Of a DNA stretch of 64,000 nt, positions 1 to 14,578 are shown piece by piece. The position numbers and the translations under genes are program-made. Each line of letters starts with the position of its first letter. Positions within the stretch are counted from its first letter, which is position 1. Origin of the DNA: Tubiluchus corallicola (Eukaryota; Animalia; Priapulida); assembly GCA_030141605.1 (NCBI GenBank), contig JAQGDQ010000297.1:186001-250000 (forward strand), given 5' to 3'. Below the pieces are notes generated by a model, which saw nothing but the letters and a program-made list of their open reading frames with translations, was not told the origin of the DNA and ran no database searches.

Positions 1-333
1 GTCAGTTGAACATTTCCAAGTTGCTGTCTGCTGTAGATTGTAACCAGCCGTAAATCTTAATTAAAGAGAATATTGCTGCTACAAAGCTTTCCTACTGCAA
101 AATTAATATCTTCAAAAATGGCATCATTTTTAATCGTCTGTTTTGTTTCTCGCATTGTGTTGCCTACATCTGCCTGCTTCACATTTTTCAAAGCTTAAGT
201 CAAAAATATTGTGTTTTAACCCGGAAACATAAAATTATACATAATTCAGAGTTACACAACGGTTGAGCATTTAAATATCAAAATGCTCGAAATCGGCTGT
301 TTGTACTGTAGATTTCTATCGATTGTACTATCG

Positions 334-500
<167 letters not shown>

Positions 501-2546
501 CCTTATTTCAAATCAGCTTTTAGACTAAATAAGTAACATAAGCTCAAACTACTTTTTGCCGACTGTAAATAATAAATCTGAGATTATTATTATCTCACTT
601 TTACCCTAAATGTCACGCTCTAGACAGGGCAATAGCATGACCCGGCCGCATTATCGAACTCACAACATACCAGACGGAAAGCGGACGCGTTATCCCTAGA
701 CTATACCGTCTTGTTACACTTGATAGCCTCCCAGCCTTGATAAACCTTGAAAAACGTCCAACCAGAAAATTACGCTTGATTTGTAACGTGATGTGTTTAG
801 TCTGGTCCTTGTTTGTACCTTTACAAAAGTGCATCAGTCTTTCAGTGGCCTGATGTCACTTCATGGTTGCCTTCAGACTTTTCTGTTACTAGTACGTTCG
901 TTTTGTTAACAATGTCGCCATTATGGAATCAAGCAAAGGTTCTTTTGAAAAAGTGTACATCTGTCCGCTTCGCAGACATTATTAATAAGTGTGGAAATTG
1001 TAACTGTATATTTTTAGGTGCTGCCATCTATTGACTAATCTCTTTACATTTTACTAGCTAAACTCACCCCTAGTATAATTGTTCGGTCCAGTGAATATGC
1101 ATGCTCACTGGATCTCTCCCTATTTTACTGTAATGGTATTTGTGAAGCCAAGTTTGCATAATTACCTCTACCTATATATACTGGCTGGATTTTACTTCTA
1201 GCCACTGTCTAACTGTCACGCTCTCAGTGCAGTGCAGCAGTCGTGCTAATCATGTTACTGTCTAACTCTCAGTGATCAGTGCAGGACACTCTTGTCCTCA
1301 GTGTGCAGTGTAGCAGTCATTCTACATATGTGTATGTAGTCTAATAAACGTTTTCAGTTTTGTGCAGATATGTACTGCAGTGTTTTATTCTTTTTCTACA
1401 AAGTGTTCAACTACAACCTCATACATGACTTTCACAATAAGGTTGTTGTTAGCTGTGCTGCGAATCTTCCGTCAAACGTCTTCGAAAAGAAACCAGGTTG
1501 TGCCTTGACAGTTTAACTAAATTCTCTTCTTCTGTTGGTCGATACGTCTTTTCAGAATGGAATAATCGGGAAGGTTCTTATTCTGTGGTCAGCAACCCTC
1601 TTGTGAAGAAATGGCTGTATTTGAAGCCACTTGTCAAAGCACTCACGATCATGTGCGCACGCTAAGCATAATGCTGAATGTTTGAACGCCCAACGTGACG
1701 CTGTCGGAAAAAGGAAAAATCTTTGTGTAAAACTGAGCATCGAGATTGAAAGCGCATTGAAACTGAAACATCAAACTGCTAAAGAAAGAAATGTCGAAAT
1801 GACATTTAAAAATGTTCTGACACGCGTATTGTCAACACAAGCTATTTCCAAAATCAATGCTATCTTGTCAAAAAGACATATGAATTATAATCTGGTATTA
1901 TTTAATGTTGTTGGTAAATACTCGTCGTAGCTGATTATTAGTATAAGATAATAGTATGTCTCGCAAAACGTGTCAAGCGAACTTTTTACTTTTCCGTGTT
2001 GTAAATGTGTCAGAAAAAGAAGAGCTTAGTCAACAAAATGCATTACTTGACAAACAAACTTTCTTTCTGTATTGAATGGACTTAGACTGGGAGGGTTTCT
2101 GGTGTTTTCTGAGCCTCCAATTCTTCCGAAAACCATTGCCGTAACGGTTACGATCTCCGTTTAAGTAAGGCCAATTACACCAATCTTAGCTCAAATTGCA
2201 CAGTTACGCATTCTGCATAAGACGAAGTCAGACGTTGTTCAAAATAAACGAAAATTCAATTATAAACTTCTAGTTAATGCTCTAGTGAATAACAAAGAAG
2301 AAAACAAAGTGCCCACTGAGGTGCATGAATCGTTTCACAGTTAAAGAGGTTCTCAACAGAAATGTATTTTATATTGTTTAAAATTATTCAATGCATGTAA
2401 GCAACTGGGCGTGGCGTGAGCATTCGATTTTTGCTGTGTTCTATTTTTCAATTTTTGTTAACTATAAAATATTAACTGCCGAGTTGTAAATGTGAAATGT
2501 TTAAAATTATTTGATTCATTTTTTGGACTACTTGGAAAATGCAAGG

Positions 2547-2700
2547 GACAGACGGACGGACGGACGGACAGACAAACAAGCAGGCAGGCAGACAGGCAGG
2601 AAGGCAGGCAGGCAGGCAGACAGACAGACAGACAGACAGACAGGGAGGCAGACAGGGAGGCAGACAGGGAGGCATGTGGCAGATAGGCAGGCGAAACAGA
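2547..2700. repeat. Compound (CAGR/GACR)n tetranucleotide microsatellite
   Basis: GACG, CAGG and CAGA runs; source of several overlapping spurious ORFs. Confidence 0.9.
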
Positions 2701-3479
2701 CCGAGGCACATAAGGAAGGACAAAAACGGAAATTACTCGAAAGTATGTAAATATGCCCTCAAAGAACGTGAGAAAGTGAACAATGATGGAAAGATCGAAG
2801 GGCTGAAGTCGTCTGGAAAGAAATACATTTGACCAAAGTGTCATTAAACGTAGTGCCGAATATATTGCGAGCATACATGAGCTTTTTGCTGAATTGTGTG
2901 ACCTTCCATAAATTACAGAACTACAACGATACAACTATTACATATTCATGCAGATGGAGCAAGAACAGGGAATTGTTGTTATAATATAAATGGCATTTTA
3001 ACACATCCTCTTGATTAAAATTTAATGTCGCTACACGCAATTACCGCCCTTAATTGCATGTTCTACGTCCGATGAAGCCTTTTCCTTCGCGGATTTTCGC
3101 TGCTCAGTGACAAAACACATCCCTCGATATTATGCTCTTTCTAAAGTCATCTTCAAACCAGGTTTCGGAAAGAGTCTTGAAGCTAAAACTAGTATGCGTT
3201 ATACCAGGTTATATTGATTTTTTAAGATGCTTTCCGAGGCAATAGTGAGAGTTTTATGTGAAGCTTATCCGCCTGTGTAATGGATCGAGTTCTTCTAAAG
3301 AGTAGCAAAGAAGAACGGATAATCAACTTTTTTATTTGTGAAGAGTTTGCTGCCGTTACGCAGAGCCTTCATCATAATCTACGACCAAAATTACCATGGC
3401 GGTGTTTTCTTATTTCTGGTAAATAACAAGCACGATCTCTCAGCCCAAACATCGACTAATCAATGCTACAGTTAGACGG

Positions 3480-4220
3480 GTAGATAATGAATGAGTGACC
3501 AAGCAGCAAAAACTAAGTAACCAATCATCCAGTCCGGCAATCAACTGAGTAACAATGCACACAAACAAGATAACATCGAGCAACAACAAAAAACAAACGA
3601 ATTAACACATAAACGAACAGACAGTCAGACACAAGACAGACAGACAAACAAACGAACCACTAACCAGCTAACTAACTAACCAACATCCAACCAACCAACC
3701 AACCAACCAAACCAACCAGCCAGCCAGCCAGGCATCCGGCCGATCAACCAACTAATCAACCACCGAATCAAAAAACTACTCAATCAACAACCATCAGACC
3801 AAACAAGAAAGCAAACAAACAATCAAACAAACAAATATTAACACCTGACAAAGGCAGAAAACAAGAAAGCAAATGAACAAATGAACAAACGGGTAAACAA
3901 ATAACAATACATTCACCTAATCGACTAACTAAATAACAAGCAACGATGTGTATATCAAATACTACTACTGGACAGAAGGAGCAACCAACTGATAAACCAA
4001 GACCAAATCGTTCTACTCTCACACCAACTGACCAACAGTCTCAGTCGATTCAGTTGACCAACCATCCAACAAATGAGGCTAACAATCTATATGAACCAGT
4101 CTATGTCATCCAACCAACTAGCCAGTCCACCAACTAACCATGCCACAATCATCTAGTAACTAACATTCGCATAGTTTGCCTGTCAGTCAACCAGTGGGCC
4201 CACCAACAAACCAACTAATT
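3480..4220. repeat. Degenerate (CAAC/CAAA/CTAA)n low-complexity tract
   Basis: Strong 4-nt periodicity with accumulated mutations. Confidence 0.75.
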
Positions 4221-4789
4221 AAATCATTAGCATCTACTTGTTTTGAATAGTGAAACTTAATGTCAAAGAGACCCATAAGCAATGCGAACGATTAACAACT
4301 GTGTCACACAGATATAAGTACATTTATTTCCTGTCTTCTTGCCCTCTCGGGGCTAATAGTAATGAGATACGAGTAGAAGAATCAACAATAGAATTCTTGA
4401 TGCTTGGCAACGGACTTCCCAATGGACGGCTGCACAGCAGTTTATTGCTGTAGCATGTGCAATGCACACATCAAAGTTGGAGAAGTTTTATACAGCAAGC
4501 CTAGTCAACAGCCTTTAGCAATAATTCTAGTTTAGGATTTCAAATTAAAGGGCAAATTAGCGGGTTTTTTTGGGCGCAGCTAAAAAGCATCGCACGCAAA
4601 CATCCTTGGATTACTGCCAGTCGATACTCAGCACACAAAGGCATGCTTGTGCTGAATACTCTAGCTCATTATTAAGGATAATCCTCCATTATGTGACGAT
4701 AAACAGGCTGAAGTGTCTCAGTCACAGGCAGATGCATATATATCTCCTTCCAAGAAATAAGTAACTAGAAGCAAGATGGCAGGCGAACC

Positions 4790-4875
4790 AAGTCTAAGGC
4801 AATATTCCTGGATTCATTTACTGACCAGCTTCAGCACTGCTTAACTTCGGTCGTGTAGTGCACACCGTAGCCCCT
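4790..4875 (-). mobile_element. 5S rRNA-derived (SINE3-like) remnant
   Basis: The minus strand reads ACCGAAGTTAAGCAGTGCTGAAGCTGGTCAGTA, resembling the 5S A-box/intermediate element. It is truncated and not a functional 5S gene. Confidence 0.45.
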
Positions 4876-5340
4876 CAACTACACCCATAATGAAATGAAA
4901 ATGAGTGAAATCAACAAACCACTACGTTGGCGTAACAGCATATTTATCCATTAATAACTGAGCCTCAGCAAACTGTCCTGTTGCGCAAAAATAAGTGCTA
5001 TAAAATAATTTGGGTGTGGAATAAGCGAGATATCACGATTGGTGCTTGGTGGTTAAGCAGCGCTAGGCCTAGCAACTAAATGGATGTGTGATACTGGCAA
5101 AACTGCTTCTACACAGTTTTAGCTGCGTCATTAACTGAAGGAAAATATATTGGGATCCGAACCATTTCTGTCGGTTCAGCTAAACTACTTTTAATATTTA
5201 CCTACGTTCCTGTCTTGCTACAACGATCTTCGGCGATTCTGACTTACGACAATGTGCCAAACCGTAAAAATAGAATACGGTTTGTTATGAGCCCCGCGTT
5301 ATTCGTGAGTGCATCATCTGCGCACGCATACAGCGAGTTG

Positions 5341-5672
5341 GAGGGCTGGATTACAGAGGTCCTTGGCTGGATTTACCAATAGGCATAGTAAGCCATTGGA
5401 ATAGGGTCCACTGAAACTAATTTGTCGCACAGCGTGTCAGTGTATAAACCTTGTTGCAAGCGTACAACGAGCATTCATTGTGTGATTTATTCAAGACCAT
5501 AAGCCACTTGTAAAAAATATAGGGCCCGGAGTACGGAGCCGCTGTATAATAAGTATATTCCCACAGTGGCCTATATATATATTGGATGCTGAAACATGGC
5601 AGCGTTTCTATAAATTTAGGGGCCCACTCAAGAGTTTGGGCCAGGGCCCACAAGCAGGTAAATCCGATCCTG
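5341..5672. mobile_element. Decayed hAT-like MITE
   Basis: Termini GGCTGGATTTACC ... GGTAAATCCGATCCTG with internal GGGCCC motifs; the TSD is not preserved. Confidence 0.5.
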
Positions 5673-5859
5673 TATGGTTGGCGTGAAGAAAGATCTAGAA
5701 GAATCGCGTAGCATCTAGATATCTGTACACGTGATACTGTAGAATTGTCCAAGAAATCGTAGGATTTTTCTATAATGTTCTGACACTTTCTGTAATTATA
5801 TTGTTACTCATGCTATCAGTGTTTTGTGTGAATGGCAAGTATTTGGCTGTTGTCAACTG

Positions 5860-6230
5860 CTGCCCATAAACGTGCTATTTTGCATTTTGTCAATGACAAG
5901 CCCCATTTGAAGTACGTTTTGAATGGCATTCCTTTAATTGCTGACGATCTAATTAACGATTTAATTGCTAACTAATTTTACTGTGATCTGGGTATTATAG
6001 TTCGTACTGATTTAAATTTTACTATGTACTGCAAACAACAGGTAGAGAAGGCTGTAAGGATAGCTAACATGATTTTTCTTGCTTTAGCAGTTTTTTTTAA
6101 AAATAAGAAAAATGTTCTTATTACTACATACAAATCTTATTGAGTATTATACATTCGCCTCTTCACCCTGTAAAGTGCAAGACATTGATGCAGCAGAAAA
6201 ACTACAGAGTACACGTAGATTGAAAAAATA
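5860..6230 (+). mobile_element. CR1-like LINE reverse transcriptase fragment, decayed
   Basis: Translates to YVLNGIPL..DLGIIVRTDLNF..KAVRIANMIF-like segments interrupted by stops and frameshifts. Confidence 0.55.
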
Positions 6231-6719
6231 TCAAACTTTAGATAGGCAAGACAATTGCATTTAAAGCTGTGGAAAAAGTATCATAATTTTTTGTTTGAAA
6301 ATGGTTAGAAAATTTCCAGTAAACTAGTCTAGACCACGATAATAATTGCATGTATTTATTCTTTCATTCGTGATGTACGGCTCCGGCATTTAGACCTAAC
6401 TGAAGGGCTAAGTAATTGATAGCCTTATAGTTTATCATCCAAAATTAATTGTGACTGATCTAGAAATAATTATGACATTGGAAGAACATTAAAAAATAAT
6501 AATGCAGCTGAAAATTGTTATAGCATTGCGATCAGCGTAATTTGCTCTGTATTAACGAACAAGTACGTTTTTGAGCCGAATGACAAATGCCCTAGCAACT
6601 TAACGCCAGTTGTAAATTGCAATGAGCAAAGAAAATTCCCAGGGAATAACAATGTATGTCTCAACTGCAAGAACACTAATGACAAAAAGAAAAACACTAC
6701 ACGCTTCATAAATAAAACT

Positions 6720-7161
6720 TAAAAATTCGTGTTCATTTTTAGCACTTACACGCTGCCTTATTGCGTACAGAGTTTGCGTTAGCTGTATTAAACTTGTAAA
6801 TTTAAACTCTCGCTGTGATCGTTTGGCGCATCCATTTTAACAAGTCGTTTGAAGCAAGTTTAGATTTTGGGTAAAGTTTGAAAAAATAATCAAAGCATTC
6901 GTAACACACTCTTTGTTACTTAAGCAACAGTATAAATTACTTTATACTGTCAATAAGATCAATAATGTGTTTTTTGGTGAGCCAGTGGTGCACACTGGGA
7001 TGGTGATAAAGTAACGTTTTACCCGTTGGCGCGAACATTTTCAAATATTAAGAATTTTCTTTTCGAGTTGAAAAGTCTTTCAAACTATTAAGCAGAGTGC
7101 TAAATAATATATTGGCATGGAAAGTTTTTTGGGATGTGCTTTAAAATTCCCCTTTTCCCCT
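6720..7161 (+). mobile_element. Dispersed non-autonomous DNA transposon family A (Kolobok-like end CCCCT|TTAA); related copies at about 11190-11520, 14230-14575, 28420-28620, 40440-40680(-) and 50337-50700(-)
   Basis: Blocks such as AAGTCGTTTGAARCAAGTTTAGA..GCATTCGTARCAC..AATAAGATCAATAATGTGTTTTTTGG recur among the copies. The terminus abuts TTAA here and in the inverted copy at 50337. The left boundary is approximate. Confidence 0.7.
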
Positions 7162-7854
7162 TTAATGTACCTTGTATGCTTCACGGTCGCGATGTAACCT
7201 ACTTACAGGGTATTTAAGACGATTCCGATCCTCTGGTTCGCTTGTTAAAGCAATAATTATTAAAGATAAAATGAACATTGCCAAATATAAGCAATAGAGA
7301 TGAACTACTTTTCAATTAATTTCATGTACTTAGTACTTACTCTCCGCGGTATCAATTTTTAACATGTTTAACTTGTGTTGCGTAATGCAAACTTTTTAAT
7401 GTTTCTAGCGATTAGTTACTTGTGCTTTGATTTTTAGGCATTTTAAGAGAGTTTAAACTGAAGTACCTCAATTAGTTCGATAAACACTCCAAAGGGTCGA
7501 CTGAGCTTCGGTGCCAATCTTAGGAATTGGAATTAGACCTCTCCAACAAAATTTTAACCGATTTCTGACTGTCTGGTGACTCTAGCCAGGGCAGATCTCC
7601 CTGCTTTAGTAGACTGAATGATAGCTGTGGTGATATACCTTTATTATTATACGAATATACTATTATACGAATAGTACAATGAGACTCTATTTGCAGGCAG
7701 AAGTGATTCACACACCATTTAAACTTTATGCAACGCATATGAAATATGAACATATGAAGCTTCATGAAGATATACAACAAATTTAGCGCTAACAAAAGTT
7801 AAAAACAGTTCGACGAGTAAAATTATATCACGTATTAAATGTTAATTGCTTTAA

Positions 7855-8404
7855 AGGAAGACCATATATATTCATAAACTGTAACTCAAAACAAACTACC
7901 CTTAAAATATTGAAAGTGAACATACCGTTTTTTCAAGAGTGACTTACGTGAAAGAATTATTAATACCGAAACGTAATTTCGCGTTCGCGTGGCTAGTTCT
8001 TGGCTGTTATATGCATTTCACCATTTGCTAGTCACATGGGCACTAGCGTCTGCATTTCGGAAGCGAGTTGCACAAAAAGCAGGTACTGTACCTCTCAATT
8101 CAGAGTTATTCATTTAGACGTTGTGCACACGTTCGAAAGCTCATGAGTGAACTTGAAATTTGAATTTTAAACTTAAAATTTGCCGAATTTTTGTATGCCA
8201 CACTGAGTGTTGTGCAGTAGCACTGTACTTAAATTTTCGCAAACACGTGCAACAAGCACGTTTCTGCTGTTTGAAATTATGTTAGTTTGTGATGTCATCA
8301 ATAGTTGGGTTCACCTGCCGTTAATTAAGTTTTCAGCCTATTATTTAATTATAAAAACGCTTTGATATTATTATCGGTGTTAAACTGAATACTTTTACTA
8401 TACT
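7855..8404 (+). mobile_element. Kolobok-like non-autonomous element (related to 34405-34927)
   Basis: TTAA|AGGAA start; shares the AAAATATTGAAA..ACTTAC and GCCGTTAATTAA motifs with the 34.4-kb element; right end uncertain. Confidence 0.45.
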
Positions 8405-9772
8405 TTAAAGTGAGGTATCATATGAAAAATCATCCTATTTGCCTTTAACTACACAAAATCTAAGAAAAGTTTTGAATGTTTTCGTGTTAAGTTACATATT
8501 ATCATTAATGTTAATATTGGTTACCAGGGCTATGCAGAATAATTTCATCATTTACGAAGTTTACAAACTGTTTGAGTATCAAATCATTCCAGTACAAATA
8601 AACATCATTTATAGATGGTAATAAACATAGGTAACTCTCATAAGAGATCATCAAGGTTTCATTGCTAATCACAATAAGCACCTTATTTATTATAAAAGAA
8701 GCCATTTCAGTCAACTATAAAACTGTATTTCCTTCGAAGGACGAGACATGGCTGCAAAATGGCCGTCTGCGTTTCATTATTATTGAATAATTAAACAGAG
8801 TTTGGCAATAAACTTGTATTTTCTTGTACTTTGGTTTTGTTAGAAAATCCATTAGGTGATTTTATTAAAAGGGCCATCATGTTAGCAGCGTTAGATGGTC
8901 ATAAAAAGCTCTTCAGCAGTTGACGAGCAGCCACATAACTACTGAATGGGTAGCAACCATTAATCTGGTTTCAAAAAAAGTTCACTAAAAGTTCCGAAAA
9001 AATAATCCAATAAAATATTTCATGCGAATCGAAAATCCGTATTATAAGAAAGAAAGACGGAAATGTATAAACGGGCAAACACTTGATAAACCCAACAAAC
9101 AGAAGGAAAAACACAGAAGCAAGAAAAAAAGGTCTAAAAGTAGTGCACTAAAAGCGGTCTACTTTTGACTTTAAATTTTATTGTATTATTAAACTGTAGG
9201 CGTGTGACTTGTCGTCCAAGTTTTGATAAGAGAGTTTTCTGATGTTTTTTTGGATGGGGGAATCGAAAGGGCATGAATTGAGATTAAGAAGTAACTGCTT
9301 TTAACAATTTGATAAAAAATCGTGTATGTCCTTGTGCGCGAATGTGTGCGATTTGAGTGCGTGCTGGTAAGATGTGTCATGAACATTTCTGGTGGCAAGA
9401 CAGGTTTGACGATTAATAATTTTATTGCACCTTTGCCATCTGTAAACTGTGTAGCCACTCTGAAAATATTTGTTCCTAGTAGTACGACCTATATTTGTTC
9501 CTAAAACGTAGTTGTCGATCTGAATCAAGCAATAATTATTCGAAAAATAATCTTTTACGTTTTTATTACTATGCTTCTCGAACGGGTTTTTTTGGTTAGT
9601 TTTATCGTATGTTACATAATTTGATAGCGACTGTCAACAGCGCAAAGTACGGGCATTCTTAACGGGCATTCTTATTTTAAATAATCAAAAGTACATAATT
9701 AAATAATGAAAAGTAAACAAAGTTTTAAAGACAAACTGTCTGTTGCAGTTCTACCACTCAATGGCGCTTCCC

Positions 9773-10170
9773 CAATGCTGGCTGTATGGTACGGTATGAA
9801 ACAATATCGTACTTCGTACCTATAAAAAATACCGTACCGTACCGGGAGTTACGGGAAATGGCAACTCCAGCTTCCAAACTACTTGTGGCTTTTCAGTTTG
9901 TTCTCAAAAGGAACCAATTTAGCGGTTTTGTTTGCATGTGCTCTGTGTTAATTAGGGGAGAATAGTAAATCCCAGACAAGAGTAAAATAAGTCCTCACAC
10001 TGAGCTGCTGACCAATAGAAACGTTACAAGAAACTGGGGATAAATAGTACAGAAAAGGTACGAAAAAACACCTTATTCCGTACCGTACTATGAAAAAATA
10101 CCGTACCGTAATTTTGTACCGCACTTTTAAGCTTTTTTTCGTACCGTACCGTACCATGCTGCCAGCCGTG
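9773..10170. mobile_element. hAT-family MITE with GTACC subterminal repeats
   Basis: TIRs CAATGCTGGCTGTATGGTACGGTA / TACCGTACCATGCTGCCAGCCGTG; 8-bp TSD CGCTTCCC/TGCTTCCC. Confidence 0.8.
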
Positions 10171-11739
10171 TGCTTCCCTACTTCGAATATTGTAACGCAG
10201 TTTGGGGAAACGTATACAATCGTAGTCTATAGATAGATTAGTTAAAATTCAAAAAAGAATCATTAGATTCATTGCGCACGCCCATTATAAAGCACATACT
10301 AATGCTCTATTCGAAAAATTTTATTTAAGTTAAAATCAAAATACATTAATAAACTTAAAAATGCCTGTTTTATGTACATATTCTAGAATAATTTATTATC
10401 AAATATTTCTAACAATTTTCTTATTTATAATAAAGATATTCGAGTACAAAGCTAAACAGGCAAACAACAACCATGCTCCCAAGCGTAAAACAATTGTTCT
10501 GAAACATTTTATCAAATATAATGTTTTTGCGGTTTCTGCAAGATTTTTTAAAATTTTTCAACTAGCTTTCCATAAGTTTTGCATCAATAGATCTAAAGCT
10601 GACTTGACGTCGTTAAGAGATAACCAACAATTCGACGGTTAGTATATGATAAGTGGCAAAAACCTTCAAAAATCATAAAAACCTTTCATAAATTCGTAAA
10701 TTTTCAAACATCGCAAATTTATTGCTCGGTTATGAGGAAACTTGCACATTGAAACTTACTAAAAGCGCTAATTTTTGCATACGTGATGAACTTGTGATAT
10801 GAATGTTGACAAGCTCAGCGCTAGACCGCTTTGCAACAAAATGCTATATACTTTGTATGCAAGTCGTGCTGTAGACTGTAGTTCCCAATTTTCTTGTAAT
10901 CGGCGATTTCAAGTAATACACGTTTGTGATTATTGGCTATCTCTAGCCGTGTTGCCTTTAAATTAGTAGAAACTTGTATTCTGAGAACAACATGTTTCGA
11001 TTAGCCGTCATTCTGTAGGATTGTAGGTCTATAATAATGTGTAATAGATTGAAGTGTTCTACTTAGTTAAAGATCGCGTAACTTCTGCTCACAAAAATAA
11101 GACTGGAGGCGTGCTCTGTTCCCTCAGCTAATGTTTTTGTAGCTTTTAAACCGTATTGACTCCTCAACCCCTTTATCCTCGTGAGTTCCTTAAAGCACAA
11201 GAAAAACCCTCCACTTAAATAAAGCTTGAAAAATTCGTCTTGAAATTTTATAACACAAACATACGGCCTTTTTGCATACAGCGCTTGCGTCGGCAGTAAT
11301 GCTGTATAAAACACGTAAATTTAAACTCCCTCAAAGACTGTTAGACGCAGCACTTTGACGATAAGTCATTTGAAACAAGTATAGATAACACTGAGTAAAT
11401 TTGAAAAAAAGAATTATAACATTCGTAGTGCACATGTCACTAACTAAGTAAAATTTTAAATTACTGTATCTTGTCATTAAGATTAAAAATACGTTTTTGG
11501 GTTAGTGAGAGGTGCAACAGCAACAGTAGTTAAGTTACGAAGGGATAGCACAGCCTAATGACGTCGACGACAACAACACCGGTATATTTCACTATACTAT
11601 TATTACCCGCTATCCTATCCTGCTGTCATCATCATCCTCGCCGTCGTCTTCATCGTTATTGAATTCAGGCAATTTATTTCAATAACGGTCTCTCCTTACG
11701 TGTTTGGAGTGGTTGAAGTTATTGCATGAAATGTAAATA

Positions 11740-12030
11740 TCTAGGAAAAAATCCTATCGATAACTAATTTCAAATCTTTATGATAACTAGGCAAAAGTGC
11801 TATAATAACTAAGAAAAATGCTATGATGACTCGGTAAAAATCTATAATAACTAAGTAAAAGAGTTTAGAAGAAGTAAACTTTTATAACTAGATAAAAAAA
11901 TCCTATAATAACTGGTAAAAATTCTGTGGTAATTAGGTAAAAATTGGATGGTAATTAAATGTGATAACAAGGGAAAAAACCCTATAATGGCTGGGTAAAA
12001 AATTCCATTATAACTAAGTAGGAAATCCTG
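11740..12030. repeat. Degenerate ~22-23-bp tandem repeat (consensus about CTATAATAACTAGGTAAAAAATC)
   Basis: About 12 diverged copies of ATAACTAG/GTAAAA. Confidence 0.7.
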
Positions 12031-14578
12031 CGTGAAAATATGTCATTTTCTACAATCTTCAAGTGAAAGTTGCACTTTGTGTTTTAGACAAACTCTGAGA
12101 TTTGCAGTTAGATGCAATCGGCTGATCACAAATAAATCGTTTTTTTTAACAAACAAATTTCGATCTTCAGCTTCTCGCCACGCTTATCTCGGATGTTGAA
12201 ATTGCTCTTTGCTTCCGTTTTGCTGTGATTTGAAAGTTGTTTATCAAACAAATTCATGGAAGAAAGCCGCGAAATTCGTCTTACAGAATACAATTTTGTA
12301 AACACAAATTTTATGTTACAAAAATTATTTCATTTACACATTTGTAAAACATACCTACCAGAGACAAACAATAAGAGTTGAAGTATCACAGCCGTTACTT
12401 GATCTGCAGATTCCATGTCTGTCTGTCCTTCCTCCCGGATTTCTCTTTAGCAATAAATTTTTTCTGTCTGTTCTCATGTAAGATTTTCACATCCCGCATG
12501 AAGCGATTAATATTACCGCCAATATATTAATGGTTACTGCCGATGTAATTGTGCCACTCAATCACTAAATTTTTGGTAATAAATTTCACATTCCTCGCAA
12601 CAGTGGATAATACCGTTTGTAAATTACATATCAAATTTTATATGGGGATACATAAGGCTAGTTTATCTACATGTCCACAGCAAAAATATCTCTAAATCTC
12701 GTCTGTATTCGCTTAGCTGCGGTTTGAAGAATAACAATCATAGATTGACTTTATTTCTACGCAAGTCACTAGTATAGACACTGACTTCAACACAGACACA
12801 GCTGCAGATGAACTAATTATCCATCACGCTTGATCAGAAATGATGGCACCTCAGTTAGTAATCCATTCAGAACCATGATTTTTGATTCCCCAATGATTCA
12901 TAGGTAAACTGAGCTTTGGTGGCAGCTGTCCTTTGGATGCTTTGGCACACTAATTGGCCTCCATGCAGCAATACGGTGGAACAGGTGGAACCACGTTCAA
13001 AGATTCATTGTTCTGAATATCTGAAGTAATTTGCTTTATTTTGCAGGGATGCTTACACGGATTTTGCAGGATAATGACACAGGAAGCCTGTGACTTCGCA
13101 CTTATTTCGCCAACCTGCACCTTCTAGGCCCCAAACACGATAACTGCGTTTAAGATGGAAGATTTCTAGATCACATTTTTCACTCACGCTCGAGTACCTC
13201 GACGTGAATCCATTAATGCTCTTATACATCGCGCAATATTCTGAGAAAAGGAAACCACCTCGTAGAATGACTAGAGGGTTGTCACTGCGCAAGCGCGGTG
13301 AGGTTAATCAGTGAAACATTTTGTCTATTGATAGGATTACGCTGGCCGCTATAAGCGCTTTTTCCTAGATTGTTGAAGATTAGTAGAACATGATCTTTCT
13401 CTCTACCTGTATTTTTGCAGATCAGTGGGAATCAGCTTTGAAATAATCAGCTTTGGTTATGAATAAAGTTGCCCGATTCTAATTGAACAGAAGCGGCCTT
13501 TATCCGAGAAGAGAACGATTTTGTCAACGAGAGACAATTCCTTGTTCAATGGCGACTTGACAAAGAACTGACTATCATGGTTTTCTTAAAAGTTTCAACA
13601 AACGGGTTTTTGCTTTTGACAAGATTTGTCTTAGTTAAAACAGTTTTAATTATTTTTGGGCAATTTGCAGTTTTTACCCATGTCAGTTGTCTAAATCCAA
13701 CCATTTTTTTTCAATAGCAGGTACTTTCCAGATTCATATCTATACCATTACTAATGATTTGAAAGTAATTATCATTGTGTTTACACAAACTATCATTCGT
13801 TTTTGCATAGAATTTAAACTTGTCGTTTTCTGCCCGAGTTAAAACCAATTTTTGCTGTGACGTTGAATCAATGTTTTTCCTGGTCAGTTTCCTTGTGCAA
13901 CGTTTTTCGCACAGATCTGCATTTGTCTCCCAAACTTTTTTAATGGTATGAACGAAATACTGCCTATATAGCGTATAAAATCAAACCAAATTTGAATAAA
14001 TGAGTAACTGCAATGCCTGTAAAGAAAAGTGCAGTATTCATCGTATGGTGAACTGTCTGGATGTGTAAACGTCACAATTATACATTGACTCCAATTACAA
14101 CAATCGTTCTGGCTCATGATAATCGCTTTGGAGATCACCCGACACCCCTTTGAAGAGAATATAATAAACATTGGTCTCGTTTAAATGTGGATTTGTTCAG
14201 TTTTTGCCTCTATGTCACAACACTGTTTAATTGTAGCTTAAAAAATAAAGCTTAAAAATCGTCCTGAAGTTTATATCACTTTTTCACATAGTAAAGCTAA
14301 TTTAAACTCCAACAATGACAGTTAGGCGCAGCGATTTTAACGGCATAAGTCGTTTGAAACAAGTTTAGATGACATTGCGTAAAGTTTGGGAAAATAATTA
14401 CAGCATTCGTAGCACATCCTTCGCTAATTGAGCAAAAGTTTAAATTACCTTATATTGCCAATAAGATCAATAATGTGTTTTTTGGAGAATCAATGGTGCA
14501 CCCTGGGATAACGATGCAGTACCGTTTTGTAAGGTGGTGTGAATATTTTAAATTATAAGAATTTTCATTTCCAATTAC

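Noticed and set aside
2458-2934. Five overlapping ORFs (QTDR/CLSV repeats)
   Set aside because: Tetranucleotide microsatellite artefacts.
13047-13127. Plus-strand GCLHGFCRIMTQEACDF after a TTGCAG acceptor, resembling an iRhom Cys-rich motif
   Set aside because: Ends in a stop within 27 codons, with no donor or other rhomboid exons; likely chance.
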